Shown: piece by piece, positions 28,051 to 43,282 of the stretch
Numbering within the stretch: the stretch's first letter is position 1
How the letters are laid out: the number at the start of each line of letters is the position of its first letter
NCBI GenBank assembly: GCA_964016885.1
Contig: OZ024740.1
Coordinates: forward strand, 347,944,001-348,008,000
Origin: Eledone cirrhosa
Taxonomy: Eukaryota
Reading direction: 5' to 3'
DNA length: 64,000 nucleotides
Notes under the pieces: model-generated
What the model was told of the DNA's origin: nothing
Databases searched by the model: none
The model's input: only the letters and a program-made list of their open reading frames with translations
Translations under genes and position numbers: made by a program

Positions 28051-29006
28051 TAATGGACATAGTTATACGAAACAGGAAGGTCAAACGTACGAACGCGCAT
28101 GCGCAGAAACGATCACTTCACAGAGGCAATACTAAATTGCGTGCGGGAGGCGTGCGGGAGATAACTGCGAAAGTCCGAAAGATTCTAGTTGATAAGAAAA
28201 TTAGGATGTTGTTGTAATTATACCGGAGATTTGTACTTATGTAAGAGGTGTTTCTAGACGTGTGGACAACGTGTGAAGAATTAATTTCTCGTGTTTAGGG
28301 AATCACTATTGCGTAATCTCTTTTAGAGATTACGCAAGGTGCTCTTGCCGAAAGCCCTAAGCTTGTCCTCTTCAACAACAATGCAACAGACCCGCTGTAG
28401 TTTATGAAGCTGTGGTCACTTCCAAACGACCAAATAAACCACAGGAGGTCAAATCCTATGTGGGTATGGCGGAGGGCCGATTTAAGGAACGCTTTATGAA
28501 CCACCAGTCAACCTTTAGGTACCCAGACAGACGTCCATCCACGAAACTAGCGAGCCACGTATGGTCCCTCAAGGACTCAAGTATAGACTACTCCATTCAA
28601 TGGAAAGCCATCACTTAGTTCAAGCCATACGCAAGGGGCAATCCGTCGTGTGGACTATGTATTGATGAACGAATAAATATTCTAATAAATATTCCGTATA
28701 ACCATGTCCATTATGAGCTGAGGATACGCTAAGGTGAAACAATTGATCTCGGTATGGTGAACTAACTGTTGTGTAACCACTTCTACCTAACTCGTGCTAT
28801 AGACTGAGAGCTCTACCACTACGGATATTACCTTCCAGTGTTCTACCACTATATACGTCTCCAGCAACGGTCAGCAGATTCTCTTCACTACGTAGAAGTT
28901 TGGCTTTTAGAAGATTCTTCACCACGTGCGAGTTTTGCTTCCTACCCTTGGAGCGCTCTCTATGTCCTCGTGCCCTACACAATTTTGTGTCTCATCAACG
29001 TCAGTA

Positions 29007-31083
29007 TGGATTTATACGAACTGGATTACTCCCTGAAGAACATTCCCACTCCTTCCAACCATGTTTACCAAAAGCCTCTACAAAAAGCGGAAGATGTCGT
29101 CAGACGCTTAAGATGGCGAGCCCTAGCTTTTGACGGCAAAATTACAGGCACCCGTAACACCTTAAACCTGAAATCGAGAGCCTACCCTCCTAAGGTAACT
29201 GAACTTGCTCCTTTCGAGGCGGACTTTCTTGACTTAGTCGCTAACATTTCCTATCACAAACACCCTAACGCCTTTCAAACTAAACTTAGAAATAATATTA
29301 AGAAATTTGCGTCTTCTAATAACACCTTCGTTCTTTCCAACAAAACTAATAATATTTACGAAGTCGACAACACCATTTTCCGCCACTTCGCCCATAACGC
29401 TATTACTTCCAAATATAAGAAAGCTAACCCTATGGCCTACCACGACATTAATACAGAAGCCAAAGAATTTGTCCCCGCCCTTAAGGTAGATACGAAGCTA
29501 CAATCTCTAGCTAAGCGGGAGGCGTTTCTCACCCTGAAAGATCACAAGGTAGACTTTACTTCTAACCCCACATGTAGGCTAATAAACACGGCACGCACAG
29601 ATATGGGACTAGTCAGTAAGGCCATACTTAGAAACATAGTTAAGACCATTAGGACCAAGTCCAACCTGTCCCAGTGGGAGAACAGCTATCCCGTAATTAA
29701 GTGGTTTAACTCCTTCAAATGCAAAAAAACGAAGTTCACAGTTTGACATTGTTGATTTTTACCAGTCGATTTCAGAGACCCTGTTAAACAAAACGTTGGA
29801 CTTTGCTACCACTTACACTACCGTCGATGGTTTAGACAGGGAAATCATCGCTCATTGCCGGAATACCCTCCTCTTCAACGACGGAGTAGCCTGGGCAAAG
29901 AAGTCAACAATTTCAGACCTATTCAACGTCTCAATGGGATCGTTTGACAGTGCTGACGTATGCGACTTGGTTGGCCTATTTATTTTAGACATATTACGTG
30001 TTAGATTCCCGGACTTCCACACGGGAATATACCGCGACGACGGACTGACCTTATCGAGCCATAAAAGTGGTCACGACCTCGAACGGTTTAAAAAAGACTT
30101 AGCTTCTACCTTCAATGAGTTAGGACTAGCTACCAACCTCTCTAGCGTAGAGTTCTTAGACATTAATTTAGACCTTCGCACACACACCTACCGACCCTTC
30201 CATAAGCTAAACGAAAAGCTCAATTACATTCACAAGGACTCATGCCACCCTCCCACTGTTTTTATAAACTTCGTAAATAATATCATTACTAGAATCTCAA
30301 ACCTCTCTTCTAATAAGGCTATCTTTGACAGGGCGGCACCCTACTATAACAGCCGTGTTATAGTAGGGTGCCACCCTGTCAAAGATAGCTAACGGCGGCT
30401 TCTCGCAACCTATCACTTACTCTCCCACTAACAACAACAGCATTAAGAAAAGAAAGCGTAACAATAGACAAACTATCTGGTTCTCTCCTTCCTTCTCACT
30501 CAATGTTAATACCAATGTAGGCGAAAAATATTTCTAGCCCTCTTAGATAGACACTTTCCCATAGGTCATAAATACCGCTCGATCTTTAACCAACACAAAG
30601 TAAAACTAGGATACTCCTGCGCTAAGAAAACGAAGGCCCACATCACCAACAGCCCTAAGAGCAACACCCCACCAGGGTGCGCTTGCCGTAAGCCCGAAGC
30701 TTGTCCCCTTCAACAGCAATGCAGCACACCCGCTGTAATTTATGAAGCTGTGGTCACTTCCAACCGACCAAATCAACCACATGAGGTCAAATCCTATGTG
30801 GGTATGACGGAGGGCCGATTTAAGGAACGCTTCCTGAAATACCAGTCGAAACGTATGGTCCCTCAAGGACTCAAGTATAGACTACTCCATTCAATAGAAA
30901 GCTATCACTAAGTCCAAGCCATACGCAAGGGGCAATCCGTCGTGTGGACTATGTATTGATGAACGAATAAATATTCTAAAGAAATTACGCAATAGTGATT
31001 GCCTAATCACGAGAAATGAATTCTTCACACGTTGTCCACACGTCTGGAAACACCTCCTACATAACTACAAAGCTCCGGATTGA
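29007..31083 (+). pseudogene. PLE RT-EN ORF with frameshifts, stops and deletions
   Basis: MDLYELDYSLKNIPTP..RLRWRA..LTLKDHK..CRLIN; FDIVDFY; MGSFDSA; GIYRDDGL; EFLDINLDL; CACRKPEACP..VIYEA..YVGMTEGRFKER. Confidence 0.9.
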
Positions 31084-31396
31084 ATTACAACAACATCCTA
31101 ATTTTTTTATTAACTAGAAACTTTCGGACTTCCGCAGTTATCTCCCTTACACCTCTCGCACGCAATTTATCATTGCCTGCGTGAAGTGATCGTTTCTGCG
31201 CATGCGCGTTCGTACGTTTGTCCTTCCTGTTCCGTATAACCATGTCCATTACGAGCTGAGGATCCGCTAAGGTGAAACAATTGTTTTCAGTATGGTGAAC
31301 TAACTGTTGTGTAACCACTTCTACCTAACTCGTCCCATGAACTGAGAGCTCTACCACTACGGATAATACCTTCCAGTGTATATATATATATATATA

Positions 31397-31535
31397 TGGA
31401 GGCACGTGGTAAGTTTATTGAATTTACGATCATAATACCATGGGCTCGATTCCTGGGTTGTGTTCTTGAGAAAAACACTTCATTTCACGTTGCCCCAGTA
31501 TACTCAGCTGAAAATGAGTACCAGCAATTGCTGGG
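31397..31535 (+). mobile_element. Second SINE family fragment (related fragment at about 15570-15635)
   Basis: B-box-like GGCTCGATTCC, then GTGTTCTTGAGAAAAACACTTCATTTCACGTTGC..CTCAGCTG..TGAGTACC. Confidence 0.55.
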
Positions 31536-32449
31536 GGTTTTGCTACCACGTCATGTATCAAATTATGTGATGAAATCCAACTACTCACGTAGTAAATCAC
31601 CGTGTACGCAAGAAAACAAAAAAACAAAAAACAAAATACAAATGTTGCGATTTATGTTAAACCAGAACATTCCTCAACGTAAATAATCATAGTTCTAACA
31701 GACTTCGTGCCATGGAGATATATATGGATACACATGAACACAAAACTCGTTTATCGTATGATCAACTCATGACAGAATTTGAGACCATTCGATGCATGTT
31801 AACAACATCGTAACAACAATAGCTGGGGACGAGCTTTATGTAATTTTGTGTGCTACTGTATATACTAGCAGCAGGCATGGTCAAGTCGTTAAGAATTTTG
31901 ATCTGTTATCATGAAGTCAAGGGTTTGATGTCACAGCATGGCATCTTGGTTAGATGTTATTTACCATAGCCTGGCGACAACGCATGACTTTCGCGTGGAA
32001 TATAGCTGTAATTTAAATGACAAGCTTTAATACAATATGACTGTGATTCTGGTTGAGAATTACATTGTCGGGATGTCATATGTCTGTGGAATACACTTTA
32101 TACGCTAATCCTTTGTGTAGATAATTCTGTTAAACGAATAGACGCTTTTAAGTTATTATAAGCAGGAGAGTTCACTAGAGCTCGTAAACTGGAACAAAAT
32201 TACATAAAGTTCGTTCCTGAATGAATGTCGCTTCAGAATAGAAAAGTTTATGTGCATAGGTATGGTACATCTTATTAGTAATATGTAGTCATCGAACATA
32301 TAATGCAAAACATAATCTGTCTGGCATCTAAACTCTTGGGGCAAAATATTGATTCGAGAATATGGAGAATCAACAATGTTAATAAACATATTCTTTCACA
32401 GTTATGCCAAATGCAAGCTTATTCAGGTGGACAGAGGACAGATATAAAC

Positions 32450-32487
<38 letters not shown>

Positions 32488-32801
32488 GACTCAATGAATC
32501 GGGTGATTTACTCGTGAATTTAGCATTTTAGTGGCTGAGTAATCTTGTGACATATGTTAAGCTCAAGAATTACAGGTAGAGTTCAATAAACTCCCATAGA
32601 GTTTCTTTGTATCAAATAATTATAATCATATGAAAAGGATGGAAAAGGATGAGCATTGATGCACGTCAATATTTATCATTTTCCATATTCTAGAGGATTC
32701 TAAACCCCATCAGGCTAAAATTTATTTAGTCAAAAATACAGCGAAAGCTTCTATTTCTACTAAATTTCAAACCGCTTGGTGTTTCAAAACAAACTTACTT
32801 G

Positions 32802-32870
<69 letters not shown>

Positions 32871-32882
32871 TGATAGATATAG

Positions 32883-32918
<36 letters not shown>

Positions 32919-33289
32919 GGAGAGAAAAAGAGTAGAAGTGCGTTGAAATATTTTCATATTTTTCGAATGGATTTTAGATGTTGATTAATTATTCATTTAT
33001 TAAGCAATTCATTTAATTAGTAAATAGAAATGTAGTGGAATGAATGAAATATCCATCAGACCTGGCAAATTGTAATCAAAGTTAGAATTCTGTAGTCATT
33101 CTATAATCAGTGTTTTGTCATTCTGCGAAATTGCATGAATACTGGATCATAGCATAAGACATAGTACTTAGAAATATAGATTTAATCGCTTCTGAACAGA
33201 AAGAAATAGTTAAAGAAATATCTTAAAAATTACTTAAATATATAAATGGCTTAGACTGTCCCACTGTGGGCCTACATTTTACGTAGATA

Positions 33290-34500
33290 TGTGGCTTCAA
33301 AGCCCAATGACTATATTTAAAACTCCCACATAAATGTGACTATGAACCTTGATGTTTTTTGTAGGAGACATAAATTCAGGTATTTTAGAAATTGAGAATA
33401 CTCAGGTGATAGCGGTAAGGGCAAGAGTTTACTCCCTTTTTGATTATGTGATGCTTCGATCACACAGGCAAATGTAAAGGCACACTCAGTGTAGAACATC
33501 TTCAGATTCCGCATTAAGTCAGCATATATGTTCCAATTTTCGCTGATCTTCAGCAATATATTGACTACTGTGCATGCATTTTCACTATCCCATATCATTA
33601 TGTCCGGTCTATTATGTTTGCCTTTTATTCGGGTTTTGACTGGAACATTCCCCAAATACTCCTTTATATAATGTATGTATATGTTCTTTACATCATTGTA
33701 ACATTTTATATGTTTATTCTCAGGGCTATCCTTTCTACGGATTTAATTGCATAGTATTTTGGCAACTACATAATGTCTCATTAGTAGACAATATCTTGAT
33801 GAAATTTTGGACTGCTGCTTTTGATGTGGTTAATATCTTCGATGTTTATTCCACAGATGATGTATCTTTTGTCACATCTAGATCTGCATCCCTATGTCTT
33901 TCGTGCATTAGGTATTTCGTTGGTATTTCCTGTTGTTGGATTGCAAAAGCACCTCCTTCAAAGTGAGATCCAATATACCGTTGTTTTGCTTGCTTATATT
34001 ATTATCAATTTTAAGCTTTCTGGCAATATAACCATGATGAATTTTTGCTGATAACCATGAAGCTTTTCATCCATAAAATCATTGCGGTATAATTGTGCAA
34101 ACTCCTTGGCTGTATGTTTTCATTTATCATACATGGAGTATCTCTCAAGGAACTCCTTCCCAACCCGTACGTTGTTTGCAGAGAGATGTGTTCTATAGAT
34201 GGGCTTCTAAGCTTGGTCGTTCATAATTGTTGTCAGAATGTTATTATGCGACTCACAAATGCTGTTTAGACTGATGTTGAGCATCTGCCTCTCTGTGTAC
34301 GTTTCATATAGAGGCGATCTATATCACTGTTGATGTGGAAAGATGCGATGCCGATTAGAACTTTTCGAGTTTTAACATTAATCGCTCGGATTTCATCTCA
34401 CAAGTCCAAATGTTGGTGTCAGCACAGCAAACAGATTGTGAGCTCCAGATTTATTGTGCACAGAGAGTTCAGAAGGCCAGTTTCTTAAACTGATGTTATA
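33290..34500 (-). pseudogene. Older degraded R4/Dong-like non-LTR retrotransposon fragment
   Basis: HNRPDIMIWD..KISE..IYADLMRNL; colinear with the 34770-36612 copy. Confidence 0.75.
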
Positions 34501-34769
34501 TAACGTCGTAACCAGTTCAAGGTTATGTATGTATGTTCTTCTGGTTTTATAATTTCACAAAGTTTTACCAATGGAGAGAGAGAGTCGGTTTCTAACATAG
34601 GCACAAGACACTCTCATTGGAATTTACACAACATCAACTAGGTAGATATGTATGTATGCAGGCATGTGTAGATATGGATATTATTGTATGTGTGGATGTG
34701 TATGTTTTGAGTTGTATGCGTGCATGTGTATATGCTTTGAATCTGTACATGTGTATATGCAGTTATTAG

Positions 34770-36612
34770 ATGCAAAATATTTGCAATGTTTTACATATTT
34801 TTACTGTTCCATTAATGGATTGTACTTGTAATTTCCTAACTAGTTGTGTTCTTTCTGTTCCTGTGAAGCCTAGCTTCTCAAGATTTGTATTGAGGCAGTT
34901 ACAATAATCACAGGCATAAATCTGAAGGTGTAATCAGGGTGGAGTATCTGCAGATTTCTCATCAGTTCTGCATAAATATTCTCCTTTTCACTAATCTTTG
35001 ATATTATATTGGCATCTGCTGGGAAGCTAATTTCCACTACTGTGCATGCTTTCTTCTCCCTGTCCCATATCATAATATCTGGTCTGTTATGCCTGCATTT
35101 TATTGGGGTTTTTATTGGAACATTCCACCAGTACTCTTTCATATTATGTACATGGATGTCTTCCACATTGTTGTAGCTTTTAATGTGTTTATTATCAGGG
35201 CTATCTTTTTCACGAACTGCATTGTACAGCGTTTTGGCCACTACATCATACCTCATAGGTAGATAGTACCGCGATGACATCTTTGGACAGCTGCTGATGA
35301 CATGGGTGATATCCTCGATGTTAGTTCTGCAGAGTCTGCACTTGTTATCACATCAAGGTGTTTTGCCTGCATCCCTATCTCTTTTTTGAATCAGGTATTT
35401 CGTGTTAATCTCCTGTTCTTGGATTGCAAAAGCGTATCCTTCAAAGTGGGAGCCAATATAGTGGTTGTTGGTCCAAGATAGACTACTTTCCTTATCTATA
35501 TTACTCTCACTCTGGAGCTTCATGGCAACAAATCCACGCATGATGTTTTACTGATAAGCATGCAGTTTTTCATCCATGGATTCACTGCGATACTGCTGAG
35601 CGACATCCCTGGGTGTGAGTTTTTGATTATCACACAGGGAATATCTCTCGAGGAGTTCCTTCCCAACTCTCATGATCTTATCTGTTTCATGCAGATAGAC
35701 TTGCTCGAGAAACGGGCTCCTACGCTTTGAGGTTCGTAGATGTTGTCGGAGAGATATGATGCGACATTCAAATGTTGTCTGGACTGATGTTAGGACTCTG
35801 CCTCCCTGCTTACGTTTCAAGTAAAGGCGGTCTATGTCACTGTTGATGTGGAAGTTTCCGGTGTTGTTTAGTATTTTTCGAGTTCCAACATCAACTGCTC
35901 GGATTTCGTCTATCATCCAATTGAGTATTCCAAACGTTGGTGTTAGGACAGGCACAGCAAACACATTGTGAGCCACTGTTTTGTTTTGCGCAGAGAGTTG
36001 CGATGACCAGATCTTTCTTAATCGGGTGTAGTATTCCCTGGTTACGCGTTCTTTATTACAGATACCATTATAGGATATGTTCTCATCTATCCCCAGGTAT
36101 CTGTAGCAGTCCTCATCAGATATCGGTGAAACAGTTAGGCCATTGATGACAATGTTGCTAGATTGGGTTGTTGTTTTTCCCCGCTTTACAGTCATGTATG
36201 AGCATTTATCTTAGCCAAACTCCATTTCTATATCCTTTGAGAACGTTGTAACCAGGTCAAGAATTTTCTTCATCCCATCCATGTTCTTGGCATAGAGCTT
36301 CAGCTCGTCCACAAAGAAATTATGGGTTAGGTTCGTATTTCTATCTTCCTGTGAGCCAATGATGTATCCCTCACATTTCTTGAGCAGAAAGGACAAGGGG
36401 TTTAATGACAAGATGAATAATATCACAGAGAGACTGTCCCCCTGAAATACACCCCTGCAATATTTTATTTTATCAGTGAAAATAGAGTCCTCCATCTCTA
36501 GGATAGTAGCCCAAGAAGAAGACAGCCTCTCTATGGCTCTGACAATAATGGTATTTATATGATGGTATTTTTGGTGGTGTTCTGTTCTTGTTAATATCTC
36601 TGCTATCACCAA
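34770..36612 (-). pseudogene. 5'-truncated R4/Dong-like non-LTR retrotransposon (RT, CCHC, restriction-like endonuclease)
   Basis: GVFQGDSLS, FFVDELKLY, YRYLGI, RLYLKRKQGGR, AIQEQEINT, CRLC..H..SSC, NRPDIMIWD..VEISFP..EKENIY, with stops and frameshifts. Confidence 0.88.
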
Positions 36613-36748
36613 GATAATGCTTCACTGTTGTAGCTAAGGCATATAAACAGGCGTTGATTTGCCAAAATGTTGGGGCTTTTATCCGTCGTAAATATTCATC
36701 CCCTATTTCGTCAATAACACGTAATATTTCATCATTTATTTTTTAAAA

Positions 36749-36779
<31 letters not shown>

Positions 36780-36834
36780 TGTATGTATGTATGTATGTAT
36801 GTATGTATGTATGTATGTATGTATGTATGTATGT

Positions 36835-37094
36835 TTGTGCAGTGCCTTTGCTCACTATAAAAGCTTCACAGCACAGGCATTGCTTTATATCTGGAGATCT
36901 CTCTGCACTTGTCGTCACATGGTAGCATGGGCCCAGCACTATGTGTCAATAATTGTCACAAGTGTAGGGTTTGTACCAGAGTTTTCAAGTCGCTGGCTGG
37001 ACTAAAAAGTCACACTCGTTCAGCGCATTGGTAGGGGTTCTCCTACATGGATATAAAGTAGTGGCCGTACTCGAAAACGAGTTGGCAGCCACCA
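36835..37094 (+). mobile_element. Copy of the C2H2-remnant short retroelement, within (TATG)n
   Basis: Reverse complement of 15077-15320. Confidence 0.75.
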
Positions 37095-38286
37095 TGTATG
37101 TAAGTATGTATGTATGCATGCATGCATATTTGTATGTATGTATGTATGCATGTATGCATGTATGCATATATGTATCTATAATTTTATTTACGTTTATGCT
37201 CAAAACTATATGAGTTAAGATCTCAAAACTGACTGGTTTCTACAAGAATTAACTCTTGTAACATGCTACCATTATAAGTTGAATCATGAATTATATTTAC
37301 TATATTTTATTTTCTCTCGTCTTCACAAGAATCATTATCATAGTAATGTACTGGGTAATTGCTGGCCTTGTGCCTAAAATAGAAACAATTATCATTTTTA
37401 TTGCATTTTTCCTGTATAAACACCTTTTAGAAGTGGTGGGTCGTTATTTAGTCACGCTCAACACTCTCTGTAAGGTAGGGGGAATTTTTGCATATAATTT
37501 CAAACCTTGGTATACTGATTTAAGCACATACTATAACCTTTTTCTGGCCCCGGAAACAATTAATTTATTTTGAAAGCTGGTCAATATTCAATTTGCGTAT
37601 GTTCTTTTTGTTCTTCGCAAATTAAACTGAGATGAAACAGTAACTTAAGCAGTTTTGTATACCGCTTCTTCAGAAAATACGTATTCTTTTACTTCTTATC
37701 TTTCTTTCAGCTCTTCAAATCCTGGAGAGTAGCCAAAAAAGAAAAGAAGTGAAACAGATATATTTTATATGTAAAATTACCAATTTCTGTTCAAGTAAAT
37801 TATATTTCTTCTACATCCGCAACCGTCACCGATTCCGAACCTACACTCCATGTATTTTCGCTGTAGTTTTTATTCTTAATTATTTCCCGTCTCCTGTGTG
37901 TATATGTTACATTTCACTTCAAATAACCTTTCATGTTATTCAAAATGGTTCTCATAACAAATTGTATTCTTTTTATGGTTCCGCCTACGTTTTTGAACAA
38001 CCGAAATGTGTTTCGGTTTAATATGTCTGGTTGGTGAATCTTGTCGTGCATACTCTGGTTGTAAATGAAATAAGTACTACAAATTAAATAAGTATCACTG
38101 TCGTAGTCTATTTGTTTAAATTGAAGTATCTATGATGAGTAGGAGACCTTGTAAATATTCAAATCTAAGCAGTAATCGTTTAAAAAACTTGGCGTAGCAG
38201 CAGTCCAATCACTGGAACAAATAAAAGAATAAAAGAATATAAATGGTCTCTTCTGGGACAGCCTACCTCCTATGTTTTCTATACAT

Positions 38287-38387
<101 letters not shown>

Positions 38388-40152
38388 AAAAACACACACA
38401 CATATATATATATATATGAAATAGAAAATAAATGGATGTAGACCCTATAATTGAAAGGATTCGAGTGGCAGGATTTAGGTGTATAGGGCACATTGTGGGG
38501 TGAATGAAAACAAACCTGTCAAGCAAGCATAGAAAATGAATGTAAATGGCAGACGACCTTTTGGAAGGCTCAGAAAACGTTGAAATGATATCATAAAAGA
38601 AGATTTGTCAAGAAAGGGATTGACACAATAGGATTCTTTGGAAAGGGATAACTGGAGAGAACGTATCAATTTATGAGGTCCACGACCCATCAACTTTACT
38701 GGATAACGTGGAAGGTGATGATTGACTAGCGAGAGATTAGCAATTTCACATGCTTATAGTAAAATAATACTGTACTAGAATTGATTGCGCCTTCATGTTT
38801 ATTTCTGCCTCATTCTGTCAAGGCTCGATAACTTATCTCAGACCATTGATATCAATATCAAGGAGTTTCTCTGACCAGCATCATGTGAGTATCACCGTTG
38901 GTTAATGGATAAATATTCCACCGAGAAGCCTTCAGATATGATTCCAAGTAGGGAGCCATAGAGTGCTACGCTTTGCCAAAATGCAAACTGTGATTCCGCG
39001 AGAACGGCTTACATATATATATTCACCAATCTTTATATCTGGAAGTTTTTTTTTTTATCTCTTTTGCTCTCAACTGAATAAGAACTGTATCTGTCCTCAT
39101 CATGCCGCTTTTCTTAGGAAAGTTCCCCAATTTCTCACACTACCGATAAAGTAAGTGATTTGTAATGTTTTTTTTTATCAGATACCAGAAACTCTACAAA
39201 TGTATGTTCTAGTGAAAATATATTTGTGTATTATGACTTTTTGAATTGTTCAAAACGTAGTATTTCTATTTCATCAATCACACTAACATTTATAGTGCCA
39301 TTTTCCCTAAACAAAAGTGGATACAATAATATGCGCTGCCATGCATTACATATATTGAACGAGATACATTTTCTGAAACGTTTCTTTGTAGAAACAGATC
39401 AGAACATTTATGGCATTGATTGATACATCGATATGCTATATAAAACCATTTGGGTCAATAGCAAATATTAGTAAGTGTGAGCCCTATTTATCATTCCTAT
39501 CACAATTCATATATCGAAGCAATGCCTGTTGCTGCTTTTAAATGAAACCGAAATTCAATACTTACTGTAGATAGTATATTATACCCATTTGACCAAGTTG
39601 TATAATTCTCTCTAAATAGTTTCTACATGTAAATATATGTGAGTGAAAGAACTTCAATATGTATGTATAGGCACATGTTAGAATCGTGTCTCTATCGTAG
39701 GTCGTGGGTTTGGTTGATGAGTTTTGGTCTTGTGGAAATTTCTTCATTGCCCTTGCTCCAATTCACACAGTTCCAGTTCATTAAAGTAGACATTGGTAAA
39801 ACCAGCACACAGTGGTCAGCTTTACGACGGACTGGCGTCTCGCCTAGAAGCACTTCTTATATTCTCAGTAGCTTAACTTTCATGAAACCGGGATCCAACC
39901 CATGTATAGTGGAGAGAAACAAACACAAAATAATAACTTTAATTCCTTACATCTCTCTCTCTCTCTCCCTCTCTCTCTCTCTCTCTCCCTCTCTCTCCCT
40001 CTCTCTATATATCTATATATATGTATATATATATATTATATATAGTATATTATATAGTATGATATATATATATATATATATATAGTATATGTATATATAT
40101 ATATATATATTATATAGTATATATGTATATATATATATTAGTATATATATTG

Positions 40153-40187
<35 letters not shown>

Positions 40188-40353
40188 GTATATAATATAT
40201 ATATGTATATATATTATATATATGTATATATATATATATATTTATATATATATGGGGAGGGTCATATTAATATTGCCAGAATTGACCCTCCCCAAGTATA
40301 ACAATATCTGTTTCGACACACGATTTCATATAAAAAACCTCGCTAAACTAATT

Positions 40354-40433
<80 letters not shown>

Positions 40434-40581
40434 AACAACCAAGAACTTCATTTTTATAAAAAATTCTTTAAAAAAAAAAAAAAAATTTTTCTAATCCGGA
40501 AAAAAATTCTTTTTGGATTTTGTGAAGAAAATAAATTTGTTGAAAGCACAAGTGAAGCCATTTTTTTCTTTCCCCCCTGTC

Positions 40582-40660
<79 letters not shown>

Positions 40661-40679
40661 TTATATATATATATACAGA

Positions 40680-41127
40680 AATGAATATATGATAGGGATA
40701 AACACTGATACGAGTATACATGTGTTTGCATTGTAACTGACCAAGTTAGTTAGATTGAAAAATACTAATTAAAATAATACGGTTTGCCTGTCTCGATTTA
40801 AAATAATAAATCAATAAAAACAAACCTATATTGGCAATAGCCGTGAAACCTGGACACATTTTAAATTTGTTTCGCAACAATTAAGTGAAAGTTCCTATTC
40901 CTGTGCTCTTCTGCAGGTATCCAGAAATTGGTAAGTTTCACTTCAAAATACTTAAGAAGACCGAGAGAAATGTGTTGTTGAACGTTCATGTTTCGCTGCG
41001 CCTAGCTTGTCTCATACTCGTGCCGCTAAAAATAGCAGCCGGTTTTATTCAATCTAGCTAACTTGGTCAGTTACAATGCAAACACATGTATACTTGTATC
41101 AGTGTTTATCCCTATCATATATTCATT
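40680..41127. repeat. Element with ~80-bp inverted arms
   Basis: About 40680-40759 is the reverse complement of about 41048-41127. Confidence 0.8.
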
Positions 41128-41195
41128 TGTATTACACGGCTCAGAAATATTTCTTTCTTTGAGCTATTTAATTGTAAAAGACTATTTGAGTTTAT

Positions 41196-41775
<580 letters not shown>

Positions 41776-41801
41776 ATATATATATATATATAGCTGTAAA
41801 G

Positions 41802-41886
41802 GGTCCGTCGAGCTGCCGATTATAGAGTTGGGTAAGATCGATACAGATCGAACCTTGAGCTGATCAGTGGCGAAACGCGCATCACC
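41802..41886 (+). ncRNA. Degenerate copy of the long-stem variant hammerhead
   Basis: GGT-CCGTCGA-GCTGCCGAT..ATCAGTGGC-GAAAC-GCGC-ATC-ACC. Confidence 0.5.
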
Positions 41887-41934
41887 TACCAATAAATGTA
41901 ATGAAGGAGTAACCAATTGTCCTTGTTATCCTTT

Positions 41935-41994
<60 letters not shown>

Positions 41995-42359
41995 GTGGAA
42001 AAGTAAGAAATAGGAGAACAGACCATTAATACATGTTTATTTAAAACAACACCTACGTACGTTTCGCTTCTCAAGGGCAAAATAACTAAAAAGTGTTCCT
42101 TCCATGGCCCGGAAAGTGTTTTTGGAGGTAAGTTCACGTCAGAGTTCATTCTTCGCAAAAAAGCATGTTTTGATTTTGCAGTAGGTCAATATGCGTTCTA
42201 ATTACGAGGGACAAAAAAACCGCAACGGTGAAGCGAATAGTGACTAAAGATAATACGGCTCACAACACTCAATTAAAAGAATAAATTAAGATTTACAAAG
42301 CGATTATGATAACTATCAACATCCAGACAGCTTTGTGTATACCCAAAGCTGTCTGGATG

Positions 42360-43181
42360 TTGATATCAAAAAGTTTCGGGACTAGTTCTGTAGCGCGCCA
42401 ACAGATGGTAACAGAATTGCCCGCGCAGTGAGAGCTGGCGGCGACCACTATGTGCCAGTGTGCCGAATGATATCGTTGTGTTCACTTTGCAAGTTGTGAA
42501 ATTTCAGTTTTGTGATAACCTGTATGCTGTAGCCTGCGATTTCGTCATTAAGAGGAAGTTGGATCGAAGAGCCAACGTGAAATTTTGTGTTCAACATGGG
42601 AAGTCTGCTCAAGGGACATTGAGCATGCTTCGGCAAGCTAACAGTGACAAGACAATGGAGGCTACGAAATATTTCGAGTGACACGGGCGCTTCAAAAGCA
42701 GAAGAACGTACATGTAACATGACGCGAAACCTAGAAGACCTACCACAAGCGTCATTCTCGGAAAAGTGTCAAACCGTCAATCGAGAGTTCTACTGCAACG
42801 TTTTGAGGCGTGTGAGGGAAGATGTTCGGGGAAAAGGACCGGATGTAATAAGCACGAAGAATTCGATTCTTCACGACGAGAAGGCACCCTGACACAGAGC
42901 TCTCCTTACTCGTGAGTTTCTCGCCAAAAACATACTGCATCGCTTCCGCAGACTTCCTGCAGACTTCCATCTCTATTCCAAGCTGAAAATGTAGTTCAAA
43001 TGTTACCGTTTGAACACCGTTGCCGCGATCCAGAGTGAATCTCTTACGGAAAATAACGTCCATGTCGGATTCCAAAACTGACAGGGGCGCTGGGATCAGT
43101 ATGTTGCTGCGCAAGGCGACTATTTCGGAGAAGATGAGGTTAAACATAACTAGTCTGGGAACCTTTTGATACCACCTCGTA
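42360..43181 (+). mobile_element. Internally deleted mariner-like DNA transposon
   Basis: TIR-like TATCAAAAAGTTTCGGGACTAGTT / AACTAGTCTGGGGAACCTTTTGATACCACCTCGTA. Transposase remnants RANVKFCVQHGKSA and QTVNREFYCNVLRRVREDVR..ILHDEKAP. Confidence 0.85.
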
Positions 43182-43202
43182 TATGTACACATACATCGAA
43201 AC

Positions 43203-43277
<75 letters not shown>

Positions 43278-43282
43278 GGCTA

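Larger units (their letters stand above)
27982..31379 (+). mobile_element. Penelope-like element (Nematis-like) in partial-tandem form with 5' inversion; decayed
   Basis: 27982-28327 is inverted relative to about 30975-31323. 28336-28840 repeats 30673-31379. Hammerheads at 28013-28050 (-), 28714-28751 (+) and 31252-31289 (+). Flanked by (TA)n. Confidence 0.9.

Noticed and set aside
42050-42070. GAAAC-GTAC-GTA half-hammerhead on the minus strand (similar at about 24670-24700)
   Set aside because: No matching 5' core or stem II, so too degenerate to call.
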